Below, piece after piece: positions 1 to 8,296 of a DNA stretch of 64,000 nt (its first letter is position 1; each line of letters begins with the position of its first letter). The stretch covers positions 4,096,001 through 4,160,000 of the forward strand of contig CAXXKJ010000002.1 of NCBI GenBank assembly GCA_963675295.2, in the 5' to 3' direction. The position numbers and the translations under genes were made by a program. Origin of the DNA: a bacterium (GTDB lineage Bacteria > Electryoneota > Electryoneia > Electryoneales > Electryoneaceae). The notes under the pieces were generated by a model. It did no database searches. It saw only the letters and a list, made by a program, of their open reading frames with translations, and had not been told where the DNA came from.

Positions 1-255
1 GGCTTCGACATCAAGCCGGGCGAGAGTCCGATTGTTCCGATCATGATCTACGATGCCCCGAAGGCGCAGCAGTTCGCCAACCGTCTGCTCGAGGAAGGCA
101 TTTACGTGATCGGTTTCTTCTACCCGGTGGTGCCGAAGGGCGAAGCGCGCATCCGTGTGCAGCTCAGCGCCGCGCACACTCGTGAGCAGCTCGATCTCGC
201 GATGCGGGCGTTCGAGAAGGTCGGGCGTGAGCTCGGCGTCATTGCGGGGAATTGA
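1..255 (+). CDS. kbl: Glycine C-acetyltransferase (2-amino-3-ketobutyrate CoA ligase), 3' part; 5' end outside window
   Basis: Frame 1 is open from base 1: [19 protein letters not shown]...[28 protein letters not shown], the typical C-terminus of the Kbl/AONS family. Confidence 0.88.
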   Translation, partial: GFDIKPGESPIVPIMIYDAPKAQQFANRLLEEGIYVIGFFYPVVPKGEARIRVQLSAAHTREQLDLAMRAFEKVGRELGVIAGN

Positions 256-274
256 GCGGAAGGCTTGTAGACTA

Positions 275-396
275 GTCATTCCGAACGGAACGAAGAGACG
301 TGAGGAAGAGCCAGGCTCGGATCAAGGGAAGCGTAACTGTGTCTCCGGCTTGGCTGGATCTTCCTCAGCCGTAAACAGACTCGGCTGAGGAATGAC
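275..396. repeat. Palindromic MITE/REP-like element bounded by GTCATTCC...GGAATGAC
   Basis: Terminal inverted repeat GTCATTCC (275) / GGAATGAC (ends 396). Internal hairpin TTCCTCAGCCG-N10-CGGCTGAGGAA at 361-392. It lies just after the kbl stop. Confidence 0.6.
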
Positions 397-648
397 GCGA
401 AGGCCTACCCGCGAGTAGAACATCCAGTGTCGTCACAGTCGTTGTCACAATTGCAACCATTTCTCCAACCCCGGACGCCTGTTCGGGGTTGTTTTGTTGA
501 TCCCGATTATGCGAATGGTCAGGTTAACGAGAAAGACTTCCCTCGGCTCGTGGTGGATGAAACTGCTACGATACTGAGCAACCGGCATCGGACCGAACCC
601 TACCTTGCTGAACAGGCCCCCGAGGTTGTTTGCGTACGGAGGTGTATC

Positions 649-2010
649 ATGCGTCTGCCAGCCCGTTTCAGTTTGATCCTGATCCTGCTCGTCCTGGTTG
701 CGATCCCGACGTTCGCCGATCCCGTGCAGACCGTCGCGCCGGACCGTCTGTGGATCACGGTGGACGATCACGAGGTCTGCATCCCGGCGATCTCCAGCCA
801 TCCGCTGAACCAGGAATTGCCGGAAATCACCCGCGCGATCATCGTCAATCCGCACTACCAGCGGGAAATCGTCAACGTGTTCAATTTGCTGGCCAACTCC
901 GCGCAGAACCATGGCGTCACCGACAACCTGCTGATCGTCGGGCTGCAGTATCTCGTCGCTACCGATGTCCTCTACCACGACCTGCCCGATGACGTGCTCT
1001 ACTGGACGTTGAACACGTGGCAATGGGGCTACGAGTCCGGGGATCTGCCCGAGTTGCCGCGTCCTGTATTTGCCAGCAGTTACACCTTCATCGACAGCAC
1101 AGCGCACCGGATCGCGGACATCTGCCCGAACCTCGAACTGCTGATGGTGATGGGGCAGTCCGCCGGAGCGGGAATGACACAGCGGTATGCCGGCGGCACG
1201 ACGTTGCCTGGCGAGTTTGACTCGTTCGCCGTCACCTTCCTCAGCTCCTGCCTCGGGCACCTGATGTATCTGAACGAGGAGCGGCGTGTACTCGGCACAA
1301 ATGACGTCTTCACCCTCCCTCCCGCCAACCAGATCGCCCGTTGTCCGGGGTACAACCTGTACCCGTACGGACTGGAGGAGTTGAACAGCTACATGGCGGC
1401 GCAGGGCGCGGACGCCATCCGGCAACGTTACCCGACCCGCTGGTTCGTCTACCTCACCGGCTCCTTCGACAACCAGCTGCTGCCGACCTTCTGCCCCGTC
1501 CTGTTCCAGGGCTTCCAACGGGTTCAGAAGCATCGTGTCTTCTGGAATTACCTCAACTATTTGTACGGTCCGGCGATCCAGTTCCGGCAGCGGATGTTCA
1601 TTGTGGACGGTGTCGGCCATTCCGCCTACGGCATCTTCAACAGCGATATCGGCCGGTTCTTCCTCTTCGACTGGAATCCGGAAGCGGCGGACGGTCCGGA
1701 CCCTTTCGCACGGCAGGTTTCCGGTGTCGAACCATCCTACGCCCCATCTCCCTCGATCCAGGTGGATACCCACCCCAACCCGTTCAACGAACAGCTGACG
1801 ATCACGGTGCACGATCCTACCGCGCGTGCGCTCAGCGTGACGCTGTACGACATCCTCGGACGTCAGACCCTCCGGCGTAACCTCCCCGCCACCAGCGGCA
1901 TCCGCAAGCTGACGATCGACGCATCGTCGTTCGCCAGCGGGATTTACGTGCTGAATGTCAGCGCCGATGGCACATCCCTCGCGAGTCAACGTATCGTGCT
2001 ATTGCGCTGA
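649..2010 (+). CDS. Secreted alpha/beta-hydrolase-fold protein with T9SS-like C-terminal sorting domain
   Basis: GGAGGTG RBS before ATG 649; signal peptide MRLPARFSLILILLVLVAIPTFA; GQSAG nucleophile elbow, GSFD, GVGH; C-terminal HPNPFN...YDILGR...SGIYVL...RIVLLR. Confidence 0.8.
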   Translation: MRLPARFSLILILLVLVAIPTFADPVQTVAPDRLWITVDDHEVCIPAISSHPLNQELPEITRAIIVNPHYQREIVNVFNLLANSAQNHGVTDNLLIVGLQYLVATDVLYHDLPDDVLYWTLNTWQWGYESGDLPELPRPVFASSYTFIDSTAHRIADICPNLELLMVMGQSAGAGMTQRYAGGTTLPGEFDSFAVTFLSSCLGHLMYLNEERRVLGTNDVFTLPPANQIARCPGYNLYPYGLEELNSYMAAQGADAIRQRYPTRWFVYLTGSFDNQLLPTFCPVLFQGFQRVQKHRVFWNYLNYLYGPAIQFRQRMFIVDGVGHSAYGIFNSDIGRFFLFDWNPEAADGPDPFARQVSGVEPSYAPSPSIQVDTHPNPFNEQLTITVHDPTARALSVTLYDILGRQTLRRNLPATSGIRKLTIDASSFASGIYVLNVSADGTSLASQRIVLLR

Positions 2011-2132
2011 AACTGGCGGAGATCCACCAAGTGTATACACTGGTAACTGGACAGACAGAAAATCGGGCCGAACGGCACCGAACGGTAGTTTACGTCCTGT
2101 CTGCTATCGTGAATTCACATGTGGAGGTCCTA

Positions 2133-3218
2133 TTGAAGAATCGAATGGTATGGCTCGCTCTGCTCGCTGTTCCGCTGTTGTTCGCCGCCTGCGACGACAA
2201 CGGATCAAACGACACGATTACCGGGAACTCGTCCGATGATTTCATCGCGCCGGACCGTTTCACGATGACCTACGACAATCACGAGGTGATGACACCGATC
2301 GTGACCAGCCATTCTCTGGATGAGCAGCACCCGGACGTCGACCGCGTCGTGCTGTTCATCCCGGGATCGGGCAGGAATGTGATGGACAAGTTCGACATCA
2401 TGACCGGTGCCGCGGCGGACGCCGGACGCAGCGTATCCACCTGGGTCATCGGCGTGCAATTCCTCGAGAATACCGATATTGGTATGTATGACCTCGAAGC
2501 GGAGAATCTGTACTGGCAGGATGAGGCGCACTTGTGGTCGTGCGGCTATTACGCGGACGGCCAGGTTTCCGGCGATCAGCCGCCTGAGATCAGCAGCTTC
2601 ACCGTACTCGACACTCTCTGGACCCGCATCCTCGAGCAGGCCCCGAACACGGAAGTGTTTATCATGACCGGGAATTCGGCGGGTGGAAGCGCGACCCAGC
2701 ACTATGCTACCGCGACCACCATCCCGTCGCAGCATCCGAACGTAAAATTCGGTTTCCTGCCGAGCAATGTCGTGTCGGCGCTCTATTTTACCGCCGAACG
2801 CGCGGTCGCGGGAACGACGGACCAGTTCGAGATTCCGCCGGCCAGCGAAGTGGCATCCTGCCCCGGCTACAACTCGTACCCATTTGGTCTGATCGGGTTG
2901 AACGAGTACATGAGCCAGTTCTCGGATGAGGAGCTGCGTGCGCGCTATGCCGACCGGGACATGATTTATTTCGCCGGCAGCGAAGATCACTCCAACTACG
3001 GCCAGTGCCAGCTGTTGATGATGGGCGAGGACAACATCGCGCGCAACCTGGCCTATTACAACTACATCCAGCATGTGTTCGGCCCATCCATCACCGACCG
3101 TCAGCATCAGGTGGTGATCGAGGGCGCGGAACATCCCGGCCCGCAAATCTTCAACACCAGGATATACAAGGACGCCATGCTCGACTGGGTGCCGGGCACC
3201 GGCTTCGGCGGAAACTGA
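2133..3218 (+). CDS. Lipoprotein alpha/beta-hydrolase (paralogue 2)
   Basis: GGAGG RBS then TTG 2133; lipobox LFAAC; GNSAG, GSED, GAEH; shares ISSFT.LD and C..YN.YP.GL..LNEY with its neighbours. Confidence 0.8.
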   Translation: MKNRMVWLALLAVPLLFAACDDNGSNDTITGNSSDDFIAPDRFTMTYDNHEVMTPIVTSHSLDEQHPDVDRVVLFIPGSGRNVMDKFDIMTGAAADAGRSVSTWVIGVQFLENTDIGMYDLEAENLYWQDEAHLWSCGYYADGQVSGDQPPEISSFTVLDTLWTRILEQAPNTEVFIMTGNSAGGSATQHYATATTIPSQHPNVKFGFLPSNVVSALYFTAERAVAGTTDQFEIPPASEVASCPGYNSYPFGLIGLNEYMSQFSDEELRARYADRDMIYFAGSEDHSNYGQCQLLMMGEDNIARNLAYYNYIQHVFGPSITDRQHQVVIEGAEHPGPQIFNTRIYKDAMLDWVPGTGFGGN

Positions 3219-3377
3219 GTTCCTACCGTACCAATTCCACTTGCACAGCCGCCTGTTTCGCGCGGGCGGCCGTGTCTCGATGGGTGTTGAACCGGCCATG
3301 CTTGAGCGAGATTCATTGTGCCGGTTCGTGTACCTTTCCCGCAATCCAACATGAATTTTACGGGGGTTTGGGGTCCG

Positions 3378-4502
3378 ATGAAACGTAACTGGTTGATCGT
3401 TGGTTTGATTCTGGTCATGCTGGTCGTACTGGTCGCCTGTGCCGGCAGCCAGCGCACGCGTCGCGGCGGCCGTGCCGGTGGCGGCGGACGCACGTACGGC
3501 GGTGGTGGCGGCAAGGCGGTGGTCGAAAACCTCGCGCCGGGACGCTACACGGTGAATGTTGACAACCACGAAGTCAGCACACCGATGATGGCGAGCAAGG
3601 TCGAACGTGGCAGTGCGGATATCACCCGCGTGATCTTCGTCATTCCCGCCGTCGGTCGCAATGTCGGCGGGCAGTTCCACAAGTTCAACCGTCTCGCGCG
3701 CGAAAAGGGTGTGGAAAACGAAACCCTGATCGTCGGCATGCAGTTCCTCTACGCGCAGGACATCCGTGCGTACGAGGTGGATGACAATGTGCTCTACTGG
3801 GATGAGCACGGCTGGTCGGCGGGTGACCTCTCGACGATTGAGTCGGATCTGCCGCGTCCGGTGCAGATCAGCAGCTTCACCATCCTCGACTCCGCGGTGG
3901 CGCAGGTGATCGACGAGTTTCCGAATGTGAACACGATCATTGTCACCGGCAATTCGGCGGGATCGAAGTTCACCTCACGGTATGCCGCCGGGACCCGCAT
4001 GCCGGAGCAGCATCCGGAGATCAACTTCGGCTTCATCAGCTCGAATGGGGGCACGTTCATCTACATGACGCCGGAACGCCCGCAGGAAGGTTCGATCGAC
4101 TCGTGGTTCACGCCAAACGAAGCCGACTGCGAAAAATACAACGACTACCCGATGGGGCTGGAACACCTGAACGAATACCAGTCGGTGCGTGGCGCGGACG
4201 ACATCCGCCAGACCTTCGCAACGCGGAACTATGTCTTCTTCATTGGCAGCCTCGACACCCGTCCCGACCAACCGTACTGCGCGTTCATGATCCAGGGACC
4301 GAACCGTCTCGAACGCAACAAGGCCTACTGGAACTACCTGCAGTATTACTACGGGCCGTCAATCAAGGATCATTTCCACTTCCACATTATCGAAGGCGCG
4401 GAACACAGCGGCCCGACCTACGACACCGAGATCGGGAAATTCTACCTGTTCGACTGGGTTCCCGGCGACGCGTCGACGTATGAGTACAAGGATGATATGT
4501 GA
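3378..4502 (+). CDS. Lipoprotein alpha/beta-hydrolase (paralogue 3) with Gly/Arg-rich linker
   Basis: MKRNWLIVGLILVMLVVLVAC lipoprotein signal; GNSAG, GSLD, GAEH; same conserved blocks as the two upstream genes. Confidence 0.8.
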   Translation: MKRNWLIVGLILVMLVVLVACAGSQRTRRGGRAGGGGRTYGGGGGKAVVENLAPGRYTVNVDNHEVSTPMMASKVERGSADITRVIFVIPAVGRNVGGQFHKFNRLAREKGVENETLIVGMQFLYAQDIRAYEVDDNVLYWDEHGWSAGDLSTIESDLPRPVQISSFTILDSAVAQVIDEFPNVNTIIVTGNSAGSKFTSRYAAGTRMPEQHPEINFGFISSNGGTFIYMTPERPQEGSIDSWFTPNEADCEKYNDYPMGLEHLNEYQSVRGADDIRQTFATRNYVFFIGSLDTRPDQPYCAFMIQGPNRLERNKAYWNYLQYYYGPSIKDHFHFHIIEGAEHSGPTYDTEIGKFYLFDWVPGDASTYEYKDDM

Positions 4503-4523
4503 GTGGTGAGTGGTGAGTGGTGA
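4499..4523. repeat. 7-bp tandem array (GTGAGTG)n overlapping the stop codon
   Basis: GTGAGTG GTGAGTG GTGAGTG GTGA read directly; the TGA stop at 4500-4502 is inside the first unit. Confidence 0.75.
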
Positions 4524-4530
4524 AATGTAG

Positions 4531-4558
4531 GTGGCCGTGTCTGTTTACAGACGCGGAC
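4531..4558. repeat. REP-like hairpin GTGGCCGTGTCTG-TTTA-CAGACGCGG, copy 1 (copy 2 at 39533)
   Basis: Imperfect palindrome with a near-identical second copy at 39533-39560. Confidence 0.6.
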
Positions 4559-4580
4559 CGACTTGAGCTGGATTGATACG

Positions 4581-4609
4581 GGGGACAGTCGCCGCAGGGG
4601 GCTGTCCCC
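4581..4609. repeat. GGGGACA...TGTCCCC REP-like palindrome
   Basis: GGGGACAGTC-N9-GGCTGTCCCC; same family as 6429, 16185, 16214, 27507 and 28099. Confidence 0.65.
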
Positions 4610-4753
4610 TTGTCGTCTCTCGTCCCTGGTCTCTTGTCTCTCGAGCGTCGGCGTGTGGTTGCAGGAAGTCTTCCTGACGCGCCCCAGGCGCAAGAAGGAT
4701 CTCTCTTTATCCTCGTCGTATATTACCTCATCTCGAATCCACCGAGGTCCACA

Positions 4754-6280
4754 ATGAGACGCCGTTTCCTCACACTCGCCCTGATCATCCTCCCCCTGCT
4801 GATCGCGTCAGCCGCCTTCGCCCAACCTCCCGACACGTCCTGGACCAGGATCTGGGATTATCCGGATGATTACGACTACCTGGATTGTGTCCGAGCCGTA
4901 CCCGAGGGCGGCTACATCGCGACAGGTTTCGCGTTCATTGCGTTTCCGGAGGTGGTTCAGGTCTGGACGGCTCGTCTCGACGACGACGGTAACGAGATAT
5001 GGCTGCACCTCGAGGGTGGAAATGACTCAGAGGGTGGTCACTACATCGATCTGACTCCTGATGGTGGTTTCATACAGTGTGGAGAGGTTTGGTCCGAAGA
5101 ACCAGGTAATGGCTTTGATGCCATGATCCGGAAGTTGGACGCCGATGGTAACCAGGAATGGGCCCGGGCGTTGGATGGTGGAAACACCGTTGATCTTTTC
5201 TATTGTGTCCGCACCGTTCCGGCAGGAGGCTATGTCGCTTGCGGTGAAGTGGGTGATCCCACGGTCATTCGATTTGCAGAAACGGGGCATATTCTATGGG
5301 AGTGGTTTGTACCAGATCCAGATGACTCATTTGCACCAAGATGGGTTGCACCATTAGCTGATGGAGGATTCATCGTAGCCCATCATCACTATAGGCAAGA
5401 TATGGGTTTTCGATCATTGGCAATCTTTAAGCTGGATTCCAATGGAAATCTGTTGTGGATGAACGACGAACCGGAAGAAGGAAATCCTCTATATGGGTGG
5501 GCCACTTGTGCGCGAGAAGATGAATCCGGATATATCTATGTCTGCGGCTATGTTCGCCATCCAGATCCCCCATACACCTTTTATATCTCCAAACGAGATT
5601 CTAATGGTGAAGTGATCTGGGCGTTGTTCCTTGAAAATCCAGATCCTGGACTTAACGAAGATAACAAAGCATATGATATTTGTTTTCTTGCTGATGGTAA
5701 TATTGCAGTTGGAGGTCAAACACGAGGTATCGTAAATGATGATTATTTATGGTTAATCAAAGTAACGCCTGAAGGAAGTATTCTATGGATTTCGGAGATA
5801 ATTGGAGGTGAGATTACTTCCATCGATCAGGGGCGTGATGGTTCAATCGTGGCAGCTTGGACGCCACGTGAATGGACAGGAGATCACTCGGAAGCTATCG
5901 CGCTGACAGCATGGGAGCCTGAAGTGGAGGTACTGCTCAGCCCTTATGTAGACATTGTCCCACCACAAGGCAGGAGGATGCACTACCGCGCTTATGTCAG
6001 CAACATCCTCCTCGATCCGACACCGCTTGATGTCTGGGCGACAGTCACCACTCCCGCCGGGAATACGTTTCCGCTGCAGCAAATCACGGTGACGTTGCAG
6101 CCGGGTGGGACGTTTTACCGTCCAAGAGTCCCGCTCGATATCCCCGCCGCCGCACCGCCGGGGGAGTACACGTTCGAGCTGCACGTCGGCGTCGCACCAC
6201 CCGATGATCCGCCCGGCGGACCCAACGGCAGCCGTCACATGGGGCTGGGCTCGTTCACGTTTACGAAGCTTGAGCCGTAG
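4754..6280 (+). CDS. Secreted beta-propeller-repeat protein with C-terminal Ig-like domain
   Basis: GAGG RBS; signal peptide MRRRFLTLALIILPLLIASAAFA; repeated GG(Y/F)I..G and (K/R)LD..G...W blades; C-terminal IPAAAPPGEYTF domain similar to the one in 22521-25106. Confidence 0.75.
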   Translation: MRRRFLTLALIILPLLIASAAFAQPPDTSWTRIWDYPDDYDYLDCVRAVPEGGYIATGFAFIAFPEVVQVWTARLDDDGNEIWLHLEGGNDSEGGHYIDLTPDGGFIQCGEVWSEEPGNGFDAMIRKLDADGNQEWARALDGGNTVDLFYCVRTVPAGGYVACGEVGDPTVIRFAETGHILWEWFVPDPDDSFAPRWVAPLADGGFIVAHHHYRQDMGFRSLAIFKLDSNGNLLWMNDEPEEGNPLYGWATCAREDESGYIYVCGYVRHPDPPYTFYISKRDSNGEVIWALFLENPDPGLNEDNKAYDICFLADGNIAVGGQTRGIVNDDYLWLIKVTPEGSILWISEIIGGEITSIDQGRDGSIVAAWTPREWTGDHSEAIALTAWEPEVEVLLSPYVDIVPPQGRRMHYRAYVSNILLDPTPLDVWATVTTPAGNTFPLQQITVTLQPGGTFYRPRVPLDIPAAAPPGEYTFELHVGVAPPDDPPGGPNGSRHMGLGSFTFTKLEP

Positions 6281-6428
6281 GGAACAGGTGAACGGATCGT
6301 GGTCGTGTGGCTGAAACCTCACGCTATTCACGCGTCACCGCTACGCGATGAACAGCAGTAGCCCCGACGAGCTTTTGTGCCGAAGGAGGCAGGCACACGT
6401 TCTCGGCCCACCTTGTTGATGACACACC

Positions 6429-6456
6429 GGGGACACTATGGGGACAAAGTGTCCCC
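6429..6456. repeat. GGGGACAC...GTGTCCCC REP-like palindrome
   Basis: GGGGACACTATG-GGGA-CAAAGTGTCCCC, a 12-bp stem with one mismatch. Confidence 0.65.
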
Positions 6457-6571
6457 CCCCCAGTGTTGTACTCCCAGCCCACAGCCGCCGTACCTATCCC
6501 CGGTCTTTTCCTCACACCTCATACCTCACCACTCATTCCTGCCATCCATTTCCTCCAGGAGTAAATATTTC

Positions 6572-6593
6572 ACTTGTAAAATAGTTTACGAGT
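6572..6593. promoter_or_regulatory. Probable MarR operator (inverted repeat)
   Basis: ACTTGTAAA-ATAG-TTTACGAGT inverted repeat in an AT-rich patch about 55 bp upstream of the marR-like start; autoregulation is typical of the family. Confidence 0.55.
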
Positions 6594-6648
6594 AAATAAT
6601 TTCCCGGCGTTCGTTTTATGAGTTGAACAAACCACGGAACCACCCCAG

Positions 6649-7149
6649 ATGAACGACCCGATGGGAGACCTGCACGGCCGGGACGACCTCCTGCTGTCGA
6701 TTGCGCCCTTGTTGATTGCCGCTGGAACCATTACCACCCGTGGCGGCAACCGTTTTGTCTTCGGACCCTACCGGCTGACCGTACACCAGTTTTCGATCCT
6801 GCATCATCTATCCGGCTGTTCGTGCAAGATGATGGAGCTGAAGGACATCATGTTCAACAGCGCGGCGAACATCACGCAGCAGGTGGACGCGCTTGAGGAA
6901 CGGGGCTGGGTACAGCGGGTGCCGTCCCCGCAGGATCGCCGGGTGACGCTGGTCGAGCTGACGCCGAAGGGGCGTGACCAGTTGGCGGCGGCGGAAAAGC
7001 ATTACATCGAGCAGATGCGGCGGTTCATGCGTGATTTTGACGATGAGCAGTTGACTCAGGTGATTTCCTTTCTGAACAAGTACATCACCCATTCCGTCGG
7101 CGTGCTGGAACGTGGTGATCTGATGACGGACGACCCGAAGGCGAGTTGA
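6649..7149 (+). CDS. MarR-family transcriptional regulator
   Basis: LTVHQFSILHHL...ITQQVDALEERGWVQR...DRRVTLVELTPKG winged-helix signature. Confidence 0.9.
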   Translation: MNDPMGDLHGRDDLLLSIAPLLIAAGTITTRGGNRFVFGPYRLTVHQFSILHHLSGCSCKMMELKDIMFNSAANITQQVDALEERGWVQRVPSPQDRRVTLVELTPKGRDQLAAAEKHYIEQMRRFMRDFDDEQLTQVISFLNKYITHSVGVLERGDLMTDDPKAS

Positions 7150-7171
7150 TCTGTCCCGCAGGGAGGCGGGT

Positions 7172-8296
7172 ATGTTGTTGACATGGATGATGTTGCAGGT
7201 GCGGATGTTTCTGGCACGGGTATACGGCGAACTGCCACCGTCGAAATGGCTGAATAGCGGCACGCAGACGCTGATGCTGGCATTGATCGTGCTGTCGTTG
7301 ACGGCGTGTTCTCCGGCGCCGGATGAATCGTCCGGCGAAGCCCCGCGCCGTCGTGTCGCGGTCGAACCGGTGACGATCAGTGAGCGGTCGGAACAGTTCA
7401 CGGTCAGCGGACGCGTTGAGCACACGCACGAGGCGCTGCTGTCGTTCAAGGGCGGCGGGTTGGTCGCGGACATGTACGTGGACGAGGGCGACCGGTTCGC
7501 GGAGGGTGACCTGCTCGCAGCGCTGGACACCACCGAGATCGCGGCGGCGTACACGGACGCGAAGCAGCAGCTGGAGAAAGCGCAGCGGGACGTGCGCCGG
7601 TTCGAGCAGCTGTACAACGAGGAAGCGATCTCGTTGCAGAACCTGCAGGACGCGCGTACCGGCCTCGAGCGTGCTCAGGCGGGCGAACGCCGGGCTCGGT
7701 TTGTGCTCGATAACGCGCTGATTCACGCGCCGTTCGACGGATTCGTCGCCTATCGCAACGCGAACGTCGGCGAACTAATCGGCGAGGGCACGCCGGTACT
7801 ACGTGTCGTCGAGGACGGGTCACAACGGCTGATCCGTGTCGGTGTCCCGAGCCGGTTGTTGCCGTGGCTGGGGGTTGGTGATGAGGCGTCGGTGGACGTC
7901 GAGAACATTGGTGAAACCCTCAGCGCGACCATCACCCGTATCGGCGCGGTGGCGGAACGTGGCACCGGCAACTTTATCGTCGAGCTGGAACTGGAAACGC
8001 ACCAGCTGCTGCGTGAGGGCCTGGTCGCAACGGTGACCTTGAGCGGTCCGCCGCGTGAGGTGATTGTGCTGCCGGGTGGGGCGTTGAGCGGTGGTGACGA
8101 AGACCGTGGCCTGTTCTACATCGTGCGCAATGACACCGCGTTGCAACGGGAGCTGCACATCTACCGTATGACCGGCGACTCGATTTTCGCCGAGGCGGGT
8201 TTGCCGGAGGGAACGCCGGTAATCGTACGCGGATCGGGGTTCCTCAGTGACGGTGAAGCGGTGGACGCGATTGGCCTGGCGGAGTGGAACCGATGA
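7172..8296 (+). CDS. RND efflux periplasmic adaptor (MFP), lipoprotein; start uncertain
   Basis: LTAC lipobox; GGLVADMYVDEGD lipoyl-like half, coiled coil, IHAPFDG.V motif. Confidence 0.9.
   Translation: MLLTWMMLQVRMFLARVYGELPPSKWLNSGTQTLMLALIVLSLTACSPAPDESSGEAPRRRVAVEPVTISERSEQFTVSGRVEHTHEALLSFKGGGLVADMYVDEGDRFAEGDLLAALDTTEIAAAYTDAKQQLEKAQRDVRRFEQLYNEEAISLQNLQDARTGLERAQAGERRARFVLDNALIHAPFDGFVAYRNANVGELIGEGTPVLRVVEDGSQRLIRVGVPSRLLPWLGVGDEASVDVENIGETLSATITRIGAVAERGTGNFIVELELETHQLLREGLVATVTLSGPPREVIVLPGGALSGGDEDRGLFYIVRNDTALQRELHIYRMTGDSIFAEAGLPEGTPVIVRGSGFLSDGEAVDAIGLAEWNR

Noticed and set aside
445-3809. Long antisense ORFs (445-1989, 2205-3809) and similar ones elsewhere (e.g. 40840-42264, 45520-46866, 53236-54735)
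   Set aside because: They mirror well-supported genes on the opposite strand, have no recognisable motifs, and are expected shadows in GC-rich coding DNA.
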